Assembly (NCBI GenBank): GCA_050298595.1
Contig: JBNKUM010000053.1
Span: 1-26,689 of the forward strand
DNA length: 26,689 nucleotides
Direction of reading: 5' to 3'
Origin: Gammaproteobacteria bacterium
GTDB lineage: Bacteria > Pseudomonadota > Gammaproteobacteria > GCA-001735895
Shown: positions 6,711-19,695 of the stretch, piece by piece
How positions within the stretch are numbered: position 1 is the first letter of the stretch
Layout of the letters: each line of letters begins with the position of its first letter
Position numbers and translations under genes: made by a program
The notes under the pieces: model-generated
The model's database searches: none
Told to the model about the DNA's origin: nothing
The model's input: the letters and a program-made list of their open reading frames with translations, nothing else

Positions 6711-7136
6711 ATGGAAAAGAAATTTTTACAGCCTACTCCACAGTCGGGTGCGGCCTTAATGAGGCGGAATATCTATGGCGAAGTAATAATGTTAAATTTG
6801 CTACGCCTGCGAGAGATAGCTGATTATTCAGATGCCCCAGATTTGGCACCCACAACTCCAATATCTGGCAGAGCAGCATTAAAAAAGTACATACAGCATA
6901 CCCTGCCCTTTTTACAACAAAGCGGTGGGAAGCTCGAATTACTTGGGGACGGAGGACAGTTCTTCATCGGCCCATCAGATGAACAGTGGGATGTGGTGAT
7001 GCTGGTCAGACAAAGCTCGATTGAAAGCTTTATTGCCTTTGCATCTAATCCTGATTACTTAGCGGGAACAGGACACAGAACGGCAGCCATAGTTGACTCC
7101 AGACTACTTCCGATTGTGGAAAGCAGAGATTACTAA
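6711..7136 (+). CDS. DUF1330-like dimeric alpha-beta barrel protein
   Basis: Motifs VIMLNLLRLR, IGPSDEQWD and HRTAAIVDSRLLP. Directly abuts the MarR gene. Confidence 0.7.
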   Translation: MEKKFLQPTPQSGAALMRRNIYGEVIMLNLLRLREIADYSDAPDLAPTTPISGRAALKKYIQHTLPFLQQSGGKLELLGDGGQFFIGPSDEQWDVVMLVRQSSIESFIAFASNPDYLAGTGHRTAAIVDSRLLPIVESRDY

Positions 7137-7162
7137 GATCTTCAGGATTACGTGACTGGACT

Positions 7163-7260
7163 TATCAACGCATGGCTCTGCAGTTGGCGACTTTTTAGCC
7201 TGTAAAGCAGTGCCGGAAAGGTGCCAACTGTAACCAATCCGTAGTAGCCACTTGTTATGT
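7163..7260 (-). other. Degenerate attC site of a solitary cassette
   Basis: Minus strand R'' ACATAAC overlaps the ORF stop. Inner IR CAGTTGGC/GCCAACTG (7181-7188, 7223-7230), outer GGCT/AGCC, ending ATGC-GTTGATA. The right arm lacks a partner for CGGATTGGTTA. Confidence 0.72.
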
Positions 7261-7572
7261 GCTTATTTCTGCAAGCCTTTTTTCAATAAGCGATCTGTTT
7301 AAGTATTTTCTAGTATTTCTTGAATTATGCAATGTATTTTGTACGTGTGTAGAGAAAGATAGCAAATAAGCAACGATAAAAGCTCCTATCAATGTAGCCT
7401 TTGTCATACCGTATATAGAAATAAACAGAATAATTGCAATTACGGCTAAAAATGCCCCGATTTTCAAATCACGAGCAATTTTACTTGTTTTCTTGTCGTA
7501 TTCTTCAGGTCTATCTATTTGTTCTAATAGACTTACTAAATAGGCTTTTTCTTTCTTATTTTTATTTTTCAA
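7255..7572 (-). CDS. Hypothetical two-TM membrane protein (solitary cassette ORF)
   Basis: AT-rich 105-aa ORF with TTG start and GAGG RBS, bounded by GTTATGT (7605-7599) and an attC. Confidence 0.7.
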   Translation of the reverse strand: MKNKNKKEKAYLVSLLEQIDRPEEYDKKTSKIARDLKIGAFLAVIAIILFISIYGMTKATLIGAFIVAYLLSFSTHVQNTLHNSRNTRKYLNRSLIEKRLAEIST

Positions 7573-7625
7573 TTTTTTTCCTCACGCTTACCGTTTTCAC
7601 ATAACAGCTGTCTATGCAACAAAGT

Positions 7626-8804
7626 TCAGTTGCTCAGGCTTTTGCGTAATAAAAAATAGCCCAACACACCGGATAAAACGGAGCCGAGTAATATCCCTAC
7701 CCGTTCATCAAACAATACATCCACACCACTTTGTTCAAAAGCCAGAGACCCGATAAACAGGCTCATGGTAAAACCAATGCCACAAAGAGCCGCAGCGCCA
7801 TACAGGCTTAACCAGCTCATTCCTGCGGGTAATCGGGTTATCCCCATCTTGATAAATAACCAGCAAAATGCAAACACACCAATCTGTTTACCGATGAACA
7901 GCCCCAGTGCGATGCCGATGGGTACACCATGGATGATTTGTTCGCTACTGATCCCGGCAAAGTCTATCCCGGCATTGGCAAAGGCAAAAATCGGCAGCAC
8001 CCAGAATGCTACCACTGCATGTAATTCATGCTCCATCGTTTTCAATAGCGATACTTCGGGAGCCTTGTTGCTTGTCATTGGTATAAACATCGCTAGCAGA
8101 ACGCCTGCCAGCGTAGCATGTACACCGGATTTTAATGTTGCCACCCACAGCACCAGACCCAGAAAAAGATAAGGCCCTTTTGCAATAACATCAGCACGAT
8201 TTAAAACAAACAATATCGGAACACAGACTGCAGCGACTAACAGGGCTGTGACTGAGATCTGGGAGGTATAAAAAATAGCAATAATGATGATGGCACCAAT
8301 ATCATCAAAAATAGCCAGCGAGGTGAGAAATATCTTGATTGAAACCGGCACTCTGGAGCCCAACAGGGTTAGCACCCCCAGTGCAAATGCGATATCCGTT
8401 GCCGCTGGTATAGCCCAGCCATTAATGGCGACAGGGTCGTCGAAATTAAAAAACAGATAAATCCCGGCAGGTACCAGCATGCCACCTATGGCACCGACAC
8501 CTGGCAGGATAATATTACGTTTGTCCGATAGTTCACCTTCCAGTAATTCTCGTTTTAATTCCAGACCTACATGGAAGAAGAATATTGCCATCAAACCATC
8601 GTTTATCCACAACAACAAAGGCTTGTCCACGCCCAAAGCGCCAATGCGCACCTCTAGAGGTGTAGAAAGGATTAAATCGTAGAATGACTGTAGGCCGGTA
8701 TTGCTAGCGATCAAGGCAAACACTGTTGCTAACATCAGCAAGATCCCACCTGCTGCTTCCATTCTCAGGAACGTGGCAATAATTGAGTTTTTTTTATTAT
8801 TCAT
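7626..8804 (-). CDS. nhaA: Na+/H+ antiporter NhaA
   Basis: Motifs WINDGLMAIFF, GWAIPAATDIAFALG, LAIFDD and LCGIGFTMSLFI. Confidence 0.97.
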   Translation of the reverse strand: MNNKKNSIIATFLRMEAAGGILLMLATVFALIASNTGLQSFYDLILSTPLEVRIGALGVDKPLLLWINDGLMAIFFFHVGLELKRELLEGELSDKRNIILPGVGAIGGMLVPAGIYLFFNFDDPVAINGWAIPAATDIAFALGVLTLLGSRVPVSIKIFLTSLAIFDDIGAIIIIAIFYTSQISVTALLVAAVCVPILFVLNRADVIAKGPYLFLGLVLWVATLKSGVHATLAGVLLAMFIPMTSNKAPEVSLLKTMEHELHAVVAFWVLPIFAFANAGIDFAGISSEQIIHGVPIGIALGLFIGKQIGVFAFCWLFIKMGITRLPAGMSWLSLYGAAALCGIGFTMSLFIGSLAFEQSGVDVLFDERVGILLGSVLSGVLGYFLLRKSLSN

Positions 8805-8951
8805 GAGCCTGCGGGGTCCCCCAGTTACTGGTTATCTACTTCAAAGTATGTCCATAGTCAGAAATTATCAAGCTTACAGATCCACAAAGATGAGAACAAT
8901 TTGCATCAAGTTAAAATCTGTGGGGAAAAATGGAAAAGATGATCGATGCAG

Positions 8952-9563
8952 TTACATATCGTAATTTTTCCCTAAGTCCATCTCCTGCCTTTCCTGTTGA
9001 GCACGCTTCGCAGGATCGATCAAACCGGGTAATACGCGACGCAGGCTTTTATACAGCTTGTCTGCGGCAATATCGATAATATAGCCAGTGATCCACTTAT
9101 TGTCTTTTTCGCCCATCTGTTCGCTGACATGATCCCCTAGTAAGCGTAGAAATATAAAGCTGGGGCCATCGCTACGATTGAACTGACATTTAGAATATTC
9201 ACCGATGCGGGTATTTAAAATAGTTAGAAATTCCTTGCGATGATCACCCTCGCCATCGGTTTCCAGGCGGTTGTCCTGCAGGATACCAGCCATATGTAAA
9301 CCAGCTGAAGAAATCAGTGTATTGCGCTGCTCAAGATCAAACTGCTCATACAGCATGCGATCAACCACCTGTAATAGAAAGGCCGCAAATTCGGTGAGTA
9401 CATCTAGCCGTTGTGACTGGGTATCGGTCTGAAAGCCTTCGTTTTCCAGATCCAGCACGCCCTGCCCGGCTATCTGCCAGATATTAAAGCTGATCGCAGA
9501 ACCTATCTCTTCTAATGATCGACCACGCTCACGTTGATTCCAGCCGGTTTTTAATCTTGCCAT
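8952..9563 (-). CDS. Conserved hypothetical protein
   Basis: 203-aa soluble, helical-looking ORF with normal composition. No family recognised. Confidence 0.75.
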   Translation of the reverse strand: MARLKTGWNQRERGRSLEEIGSAISFNIWQIAGQGVLDLENEGFQTDTQSQRLDVLTEFAAFLLQVVDRMLYEQFDLEQRNTLISSAGLHMAGILQDNRLETDGEGDHRKEFLTILNTRIGEYSKCQFNRSDGPSFIFLRLLGDHVSEQMGEKDNKWITGYIIDIAADKLYKSLRRVLPGLIDPAKRAQQERQEMDLGKNYDM

Positions 9564-9718
9564 AGTGTTACAAACTCATCTATAAATCTGGATTTGAATG
9601 CTAGCACAAAATTCTTGAGTGTTTTAGTAGGTTTTAGTAATAGCAAGCTAACTGTGATTTTGATAGCTTAGCAATACATGCTAATGTGGGTGTCTGTGGT
9701 TCTTTAAAGATTAAGCCC

Positions 9719-10828
9719 ATGCGTATTGAAGACGATAGAAAACTTGATTATTCAGATGTCCTGATTCGCCCCAAACGTAGCACTCTTGGGAGCCGTAAGG
9801 AAGTTGACCTGTTCAGGCAATTTACTTTTCGCAACTATGCTTCCGATGACCCTGTTCATTATCACGGGATACCTATCATGGCATCCAATATGGATGGTGT
9901 GGGCACCTTTCAAATGGCTGATGCACTGGCTGAACTGGGGTTGTTTACCTGTCTGGTTAAGAGCTATAGCCCCGATGAGCTGATCCCCTTCTTCAATAAA
10001 GAGAACACTAAAAGATACCAGAACGTGGCTTACTCGATGGGTATCAGATCAGATGATTTTGACAAGTTCGCCGAGGTTTATCATCACCCGGAAACATTCA
10101 TAAAATATGTCTGTGTCGATGTCGCCAATGGCTATTCAGAGCGTTTTTCCCTTTTCATCAAACAGCTGCGCGATAGTTTTCCCGATATCGTCATCATTGC
10201 AGGCAATGTCGTCACCGGTGAAATGACCGAAGAACTCATCCTAAGTGGTGCAGACATCATCAAGGTAGGTATAGGTCCCGGTAGCGTTTGTACCACCAGG
10301 ATACAGACGGGGGTAGGTTTCCCTCAGTTATCCGCCGTGATGGAATGTGCCGACTCAGCACATGGCCTGGGTGGACATATTATCGCTGACGGCGGCTGTA
10401 CCTGTGCTGGAGACCTGGCCAAGGCATTTGCCGCAGGTGCCGATTTTGTCATGTTAGGCGGTATGCTTGCCGGTCATGACGAAGGCGGTGGAGAGGTCAT
10501 CACAAGATATTATAAAACCGGAGAAGTACAGAGAAGTCAAAACGGCTGGGAAGATATCATAGAAGAGAAGAAATTCGTCAGTTTCTATGGCATGAGTTCG
10601 CTGGCTGCTAATGTAAAGCATTTTGGTGGCCTGAAAGAATATCGTTCATCAGAAGGTCGAGAAGTTCAGGTACCCTATCGAGGTAAAATTGCGAATACCG
10701 TGCAAAACATGCTTGGTGGTATACGCAGCTCATGCACTTATGCGGGTGCCAAAAAGCTAAAATGGCTGAGTAAATGCACCACTTTCGTGAAGACGGGACA
10801 GCAATTTAATTCAGTCTATGCCAAATAG
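9719..10828 (+). CDS. guaC: GMP reductase
   Basis: MRIE..KLDYSDVLIRPKRSTL, DVANGYSE, KVGIGPGSVCTTR, FYGMSS and YRSSEG. The start is placed at the ATG at 9719 by similarity to the GuaC N-terminus. Confidence 0.95.
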   Translation: MRIEDDRKLDYSDVLIRPKRSTLGSRKEVDLFRQFTFRNYASDDPVHYHGIPIMASNMDGVGTFQMADALAELGLFTCLVKSYSPDELIPFFNKENTKRYQNVAYSMGIRSDDFDKFAEVYHHPETFIKYVCVDVANGYSERFSLFIKQLRDSFPDIVIIAGNVVTGEMTEELILSGADIIKVGIGPGSVCTTRIQTGVGFPQLSAVMECADSAHGLGGHIIADGGCTCAGDLAKAFAAGADFVMLGGMLAGHDEGGGEVITRYYKTGEVQRSQNGWEDIIEEKKFVSFYGMSSLAANVKHFGGLKEYRSSEGREVQVPYRGKIANTVQNMLGGIRSSCTYAGAKKLKWLSKCTTFVKTGQQFNSVYAK

Positions 10829-10895
10829 GGGTAATAGAATCTGAAATGAATTAGTGCTAGCATTGAATATCCGACTATTTTAGTAGGTTATTCTT

Positions 10896-11954
10896 ATGTC
10901 TGTCGAATCATTAGCCAGTGATCATTTTAATCTGGTGAGCCAGGTTCAGCACAATTGTGATATCTCCGATGCCAATCACGCTGGCAACTACACGCTGTGT
11001 ATCTATCTACTCAAAATGCGTGAATATTACCGCTGGTTAAGCGCTCTGGACTTTGCTGATGAGCTCAATAGCGCTGGCATGGGACAATGGTTACGCGATA
11101 AGGAAGAGATCTGGGATCAGGTTGCCGACGAGCCTTTCAAACCCATCGAACTTGAAAATCAGCAATACGATCCTTTTGATCATTCTGCGATCAATAGCAA
11201 AATTGTCGATGACAGGCTGTTTTATCATGCCGGTATCGGTCAGAAAGCGGCTCAGCATTTCTTTCTAGCTGAATTAATCGAGCAGACGCATCAGGACCAG
11301 ATTCGTATCACTGTCACTGGAAAGGAATTTGCCCGCGACCTGACATCTCCACCCGCACAATCCACACAGGATGAAATCATCGTGCGCCAGGAATCGTTAA
11401 AACGTATGTGCTGGGAACGCTATCAGGAGTGGAACTGGAATCGTCTACAGAATCCCATGGGCAAAGCCCTGTCTTACTATGACTTTGACAAGTCTATACC
11501 TGAAGCGCTGGAGCTGATGATGCAAGCTGAACAAAATACCCTGATCCAGCATGAACTTGGCGAAATGGCCATTAGCCGAGAGCTTGGTGAGCAGTGGCCC
11601 GCTATGATGCTCGGACTATTAGGCAGCAAGGCAGAATTACTCGCCAGAGCTGTGCGTGATAACCTGGCCGATAGTCTGTACACCCTGCCCTTTCTGATCA
11701 AACAGGGTAATGAAGCCAGCCTGCACTTTTATTTTGCCAACCTGACCAGCTTGCGAAAACAGATTTTTCCATCGGCTGTGCAAGCGTATCTGCATTGGTC
11801 AGAAACTAACGATTTATCGTGTTTGTCTGACCTGGCTCAACAATCAATGGATCACTGGACAAAAACTATCCATAGCATACTTGCAATCGCCACTGGGACT
11901 GAGCAGAATCCGGCCCCCCGTATTGTTGAAGCGATAGAAAACGCAAACCTGTAA
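10896..11954 (+). CDS. Sfum_1244-like conserved protein of unknown function
   Basis: N-terminal QHNCDISDA..YTLCIYLLKMREYYRW and a HELGE motif. Family name is from recollection. Confidence 0.7.
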   Translation: MSVESLASDHFNLVSQVQHNCDISDANHAGNYTLCIYLLKMREYYRWLSALDFADELNSAGMGQWLRDKEEIWDQVADEPFKPIELENQQYDPFDHSAINSKIVDDRLFYHAGIGQKAAQHFFLAELIEQTHQDQIRITVTGKEFARDLTSPPAQSTQDEIIVRQESLKRMCWERYQEWNWNRLQNPMGKALSYYDFDKSIPEALELMMQAEQNTLIQHELGEMAISRELGEQWPAMMLGLLGSKAELLARAVRDNLADSLYTLPFLIKQGNEASLHFYFANLTSLRKQIFPSAVQAYLHWSETNDLSCLSDLAQQSMDHWTKTIHSILAIATGTEQNPAPRIVEAIENANL

Positions 11955-11956
11955 CT

Positions 11957-12544
11957 ATGACTGAACTAAGTAGTATTCGTGAGGTAAAACCTCACACCTT
12001 TATCTTTGAGAAAGAAAACGCCCTGCCTGATTTCTTATGCGACAACATGATCGAGCGCTTTGAAGCCGCAAAAGACGAGCAATATCTGGGACGTATCGGT
12101 CAAACCTTTGAGGAAGATCGCTCGATCAAAAAATCCACTGATCTGGTCGTTAGCGGGAAACCTCACTGGAAAGATGTGGACAATAACCTGTTTCGGTCGC
12201 TGGGACTGGCGCTTAAGGAATTTCGTGAAAAGTACGAATATTTTAAAGGTCCATTCAAGGATAATGGCTATGCCCTGCAACGCACCAACCCGGGCGAGCA
12301 TTACCATTGGCACATCGATGGCGGCAGCCATGATTTCAGTCAACGCCAACTGGTCGCTGTATGGTACCTGAACGATGTGCCCGGACCAGGTGGCGAAACT
12401 GAATTCCTGTTTCAGGATGTCAAAGTTAAACCACAGAAAGGCAAACTAGCACTATTCCCACCGTTCTGGACCCATGAGCACCGCGGCGTCACCCTGCAGC
12501 AGGGTGTCAAATATATCGCCACTACCTGGGTGGTTTTCGCCTGA
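11957..12544 (+). CDS. 2OG-Fe(II) oxygenase (prolyl-4-hydroxylase-like)
   Basis: HxD motif (WHID), WYLNDV..GGETEF, distal His (THEHRG) and KYIATTW. Confidence 0.9.
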   Translation: MTELSSIREVKPHTFIFEKENALPDFLCDNMIERFEAAKDEQYLGRIGQTFEEDRSIKKSTDLVVSGKPHWKDVDNNLFRSLGLALKEFREKYEYFKGPFKDNGYALQRTNPGEHYHWHIDGGSHDFSQRQLVAVWYLNDVPGPGGETEFLFQDVKVKPQKGKLALFPPFWTHEHRGVTLQQGVKYIATTWVVFA

Positions 12545-12563
12545 TCACCCCCAGCATAGCATT

Positions 12564-12587
12564 AGGGGGTCAAAGCCCCCCCTTTTT
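12564..12587 (+). terminator. Probable intrinsic terminator between convergent genes
   Basis: AGGGGG-TCAAAGCC-CCCCCT stem-loop followed by a T run. Confidence 0.55.
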
Positions 12588-12592
12588 GATAC

Positions 12593-13576
12593 TCACAACA
12601 GACCTGCTTCCTTATAGTACTTAATTGCACCTTCGTGCAGAGGTGCTGTCAGGCTATCCTTAATCATTTCTGATTTTTTCAGATTGCTGAAATCAGGATG
12701 TAAACTTCTGAATTCATCGAGATTTTCAAATACTGATTTAACCACCTGATACACCGTATCACTATTCAAAGCAGTCGAGGTCACAACCGTGGCACCAACA
12801 CCAAAGGTTTGAATATCAGCTGGATTTTTTCGGTACAGGCCACCCGGAATAATGGCTTTACGGTAAAATTCATTATCCTCAACCAGTTTATCAATAACAT
12901 CACCTGTGATATTCACCAGCACGGTATCACAGACTGTAGTCGCCTCCATGATAGAACCGCTAGGATGCCCCACTATATAGACCATTGCATCGATTTTGTT
13001 ATTACACAGTGCTGACGACTGTTCGGCTGCTTTAAGTTCTGACACCTGCTCGAAAGACGATTTTGTCCATCCCAGGGCATCCATCAATACTTCCATCGTG
13101 CCGCGTTGACCAGAACCCGGATTTCCAATATTCACTCGCTTTCCTTTTAAATCCAGCAGGTTTTTAATATTCGCATCTGCGCGAGCCACCACCGTAAAGG
13201 ATTCAGGATGTAGCGAAAATAGTGACCTGAGATTTTTGAAAGCACCTCTATCCCTGAATTTACTGCTACCGTAATAAGCATGATATTGCCAGTCTGATTG
13301 CGCAAGGCCCATGTCGAGATCACCCATACGGATGCTATTGATGTTATAAACCGACCCCTCGGTAGACTCAACCGCACAACGTATACCATGTTGTTTACGT
13401 CCCTTATTAACCAGGCGGCAGATTGCACCACCAGCAGGATAATAAACCCCCGTCACGCTGCCTGTGCCAATGGTAACAAAGGAATCCGCAGCTGATGCAG
13501 CTGTCATTGCAATCGATGAAGCGAATAACAACCCGATAAGAAATTTTTTGCAGGTTGGTTTTATATTGGAAATCAC
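12593..13576 (-). CDS. TAXI-family TRAP transporter solute-binding protein
   Basis: Signal peptide, TIGTGSVTGVYYPAGGAIC, KGKRVNIGNPGSGQR and APLHEGAIKYYKE. Confidence 0.93.
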   Translation of the reverse strand: MISNIKPTCKKFLIGLLFASSIAMTAASAADSFVTIGTGSVTGVYYPAGGAICRLVNKGRKQHGIRCAVESTEGSVYNINSIRMGDLDMGLAQSDWQYHAYYGSSKFRDRGAFKNLRSLFSLHPESFTVVARADANIKNLLDLKGKRVNIGNPGSGQRGTMEVLMDALGWTKSSFEQVSELKAAEQSSALCNNKIDAMVYIVGHPSGSIMEATTVCDTVLVNITGDVIDKLVEDNEFYRKAIIPGGLYRKNPADIQTFGVGATVVTSTALNSDTVYQVVKSVFENLDEFRSLHPDFSNLKKSEMIKDSLTAPLHEGAIKYYKEAGLL

Positions 13577-13632
13577 TTATTACTCTATGGTTAGCTGTGT
13601 ATGGTTTTTATTACATTATCAATGCAGAGATC

Positions 13633-13977
13633 TCAATAATCCATCTGCATTATTTCACTCAAATCGGGTTGCCAGGCAAAGCATTTCATATCCACCCGAT
13701 TATTTAACACCACGACACCTTCTTGCTGAAGCAGACCTTTTTGCCGCTCTGCTGACTCTGACCCTGCAGCAAATGCAAGCTGTCCGTTGCTTTTGATGAT
13801 CCGATACCAGGGTAACTGCATATCAGCAGGTGCCTGCTGCATGACTGAACCCACCATACGTGCACGTCCCGGTAAACCCGCCAGGTCCGCGATAAATCCA
13901 TAGCTGGAAACCTTACCATGAGGTACACGACAGACGGTATCCCAGATTTGCTGTGATTTTTGCGGGTTAAACCTCAA
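13633..13977 (-). CDS. Alkyltransferase-like protein (ATL/YbaZ, MGMT family)
   Basis: VPHGKVSSYG..ARMVG, with PWYR in place of the catalytic PCHR. Confidence 0.88.
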   Translation of the reverse strand: MRFNPQKSQQIWDTVCRVPHGKVSSYGFIADLAGLPGRARMVGSVMQQAPADMQLPWYRIIKSNGQLAFAAGSESAERQKGLLQQEGVVVLNNRVDMKCFAWQPDLSEIMQMDY

Positions 13978-14082
13978 ATTGAGTAAGCTCCTTTAATCAT
14001 TTTGAAAGTGTTATTTATGTACGGAAAAAAACAGCGTGATTTGCTATCTTATACACTTTATCTTTGAGCCTATCGGAACACA

Positions 14083-14880
14083 ATGACAACTAGACAATTA
14101 TTTCCAAGAACAACCCTGGCACTATTCGTATTTATCCTGCTTAGTGCCTGCGCAACTAACATTGCTGGCCGTAAACAGATTATGCTGGTGTCGGAGTCTG
14201 AGGCAATTTCTGCTTCCAGTACGGCGTATATCAATACACTGGATCCGTATAAACAAAAGGGGAAGCTTGACAACAACCCCAATCAGGTCAAAAGAATTAA
14301 TCAGATTACCGATAAACTGATCAAGCAGGCCATATTGAAACGTCCTGCTTCAAAAAACTGGCAATGGAGCATCAAGGTTATTGATGACCCAGACACGGTG
14401 AATGCCTGGTGTATGGCAGGTGGCAAGATGGCGATCTATACCGGTTTAATCAATCAGTTAAAAGCGACCGATGATGAAATCGCTCAGGTCTTGGGCCATG
14501 AAATTTCTCACGCACTGGCAAATCACTCAGCCGAGCGTATGTCGGTTGCTATGACCAGCGAACTTGCTGTTGGAGTTTATAACAAAGTGACCGGCAGTGT
14601 ACCTACTGAGGGTTCACTCGCTGCTATGGCCGCTCAGGTAGCGATTACCTTACCTAATAGCCGAACCTCTGAATCTGAAGCGGATGCTATTGGCATTGAG
14701 CTGGCTGCTAAAGCAGGATATAACCCTAATGCTGCGGTAACCCTGTGGCAGAAAATGTCAAAACTCGGTGGTGGAGGTTCACTGGAATTTTTAAGTACAC
14801 ACCCTTCCCCTAAAAACAGGGAAAAGATCTTGAAGAAAATGATTCCTAAGATGATGCCTTATTATCAGGCAGCCAAATAA
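14083..14880 (+). CDS. M48-family metallopeptidase lipoprotein
   Basis: Lipobox LSAC, NAWCMAGG, HEISH zinc motif, ESEAD and FLSTHP. Confidence 0.93.
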   Translation: MTTRQLFPRTTLALFVFILLSACATNIAGRKQIMLVSESEAISASSTAYINTLDPYKQKGKLDNNPNQVKRINQITDKLIKQAILKRPASKNWQWSIKVIDDPDTVNAWCMAGGKMAIYTGLINQLKATDDEIAQVLGHEISHALANHSAERMSVAMTSELAVGVYNKVTGSVPTEGSLAAMAAQVAITLPNSRTSESEADAIGIELAAKAGYNPNAAVTLWQKMSKLGGGGSLEFLSTHPSPKNREKILKKMIPKMMPYYQAAK

Positions 14881-14913
14881 CAGGCTATCCTGAAGTAGCG
14901 GCGTTATTCGTCG

Positions 14914-16855
<1,942 letters not shown>

Positions 16856-16883
16856 AACTGATGGTTTGAATATTCCAGGTTTT

Positions 16884-16920
16884 AAAAAATAAATGCGGGC
16901 GAGTGTAAACACTCGCCCGC
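16884..16920 (-). terminator. Intrinsic terminator between dnaK and dnaJ
   Basis: Perfect inverted repeat GCGGGCGAGTGT/ACACTCGCCCGC (16895-16920) followed on the minus strand by ATTTATTTTTT. Confidence 0.8.
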
Positions 16921-16954
16921 AGTCGATTATATTGACAATTTAAATCCGTAAGGA

Positions 16955-18892
<1,938 letters not shown>

Positions 18893-18934
18893 TTCTATAT
18901 CTCCAAAATCTTTAAAAAATATTGCTTGCTGCAG

Positions 18935-18962
18935 AAGTAAGGCCTTTTAACTGGCTTTCAAG
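18935..18962 (-). promoter_or_regulatory. Putative sigma-32 promoter of dnaK
   Basis: Minus strand CTTGAAA-N13-CCTTACT: good -35, degenerate -10. Confidence 0.45.
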
Positions 18963-19016
18963 TGCTAATCTCAAGCTTTTTGTGGTTTTTACGTTGTTAT
19001 TTGTTACTGCTGAAAT

Positions 19017-19625
19017 CTATTCTGCCTTTGGCTTCGAAACAACAACCATGGCAGGACGAATCAGACGTTCATTCAACAGGTATCCTTTTTGCATTACAGC
19101 TAACACTGTATTGGCTTCCACTTCATCACTTTCCTGCATCGTCATAGCCTGATGCTGTTCAGGATTGAATTTTTCACCCTGCGGATCGATGGCCTGTATT
19201 CCATTTTTCTGCATCATTTGAGTAAACATATCCATTGTCAGATTCATCCCTTCGCGGATAGATTCCAGGGTGGCATTTTCATTGAGTGTTGCCGCCATAC
19301 CCATCTCCATACTGTCGGTCACAGGCAGCAGAGAGTCGACAAAGTTCTTAACTGCAAACTTATGTGCATTCTCAATATCACGCTGTGCGCGTTTGCGGTT
19401 ATTTTCTATTTCAGCGTTCAGGCGCATGATCTGGTCCCAATACTCCTTGATGGTGGCCTGCGCTTTAGCCAGTTCAGCGAGTAAATCCTGTTCATCACTT
19501 TGTGAACTTTCTGAGGTATCCTCAGTTGCTTCGTCAACCGGCATGTCTTGCGCGGCATTTTCAGGTGGTAAATTTTCCTGGTCATCAGTTTGTTGTGGGG
19601 CATCCTGATTGATTTCAGACGTCAT
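19017..19625 (-). CDS. grpE: Nucleotide exchange factor GrpE
   Basis: AEIENNRKR, FNPEQHQAM and QKGYLLNERLIRPAMVVV. The ATG at 19625 has a GGAG RBS. Confidence 0.97.
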   Translation of the reverse strand: MTSEINQDAPQQTDDQENLPPENAAQDMPVDEATEDTSESSQSDEQDLLAELAKAQATIKEYWDQIMRLNAEIENNRKRAQRDIENAHKFAVKNFVDSLLPVTDSMEMGMAATLNENATLESIREGMNLTMDMFTQMMQKNGIQAIDPQGEKFNPEQHQAMTMQESDEVEANTVLAVMQKGYLLNERLIRPAMVVVSKPKAE

Positions 19626-19667
19626 AGTTTGGCTCCAAATGAAAAGCAAAAATAATAATGGGTCAGT

Positions 19668-19695
19668 ATGTGTGGATTATTTCTGACTATTCAAG
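19668..19695 (-). promoter_or_regulatory. Putative sigma-32 promoter of grpE overlapping the hrcA 3' end
   Basis: Minus strand CTTGAA-N14-CCACACAT. Confidence 0.4.

Noticed and set aside
9601-9625. CIRCE-like CTAGCAC...GAGTG, or a purine riboswitch, upstream of guaC
   Set aside because: Spacing is wrong and there are several mismatches for CIRCE. No purine aptamer core motifs were seen.
18942-18968. CIRCE element upstream of dnaK (TTAGCACTT on the minus strand)
   Set aside because: Only one half-site is present, with no GAGTGCTAA partner at 9-bp spacing. It overlaps the putative sigma-32 -35.
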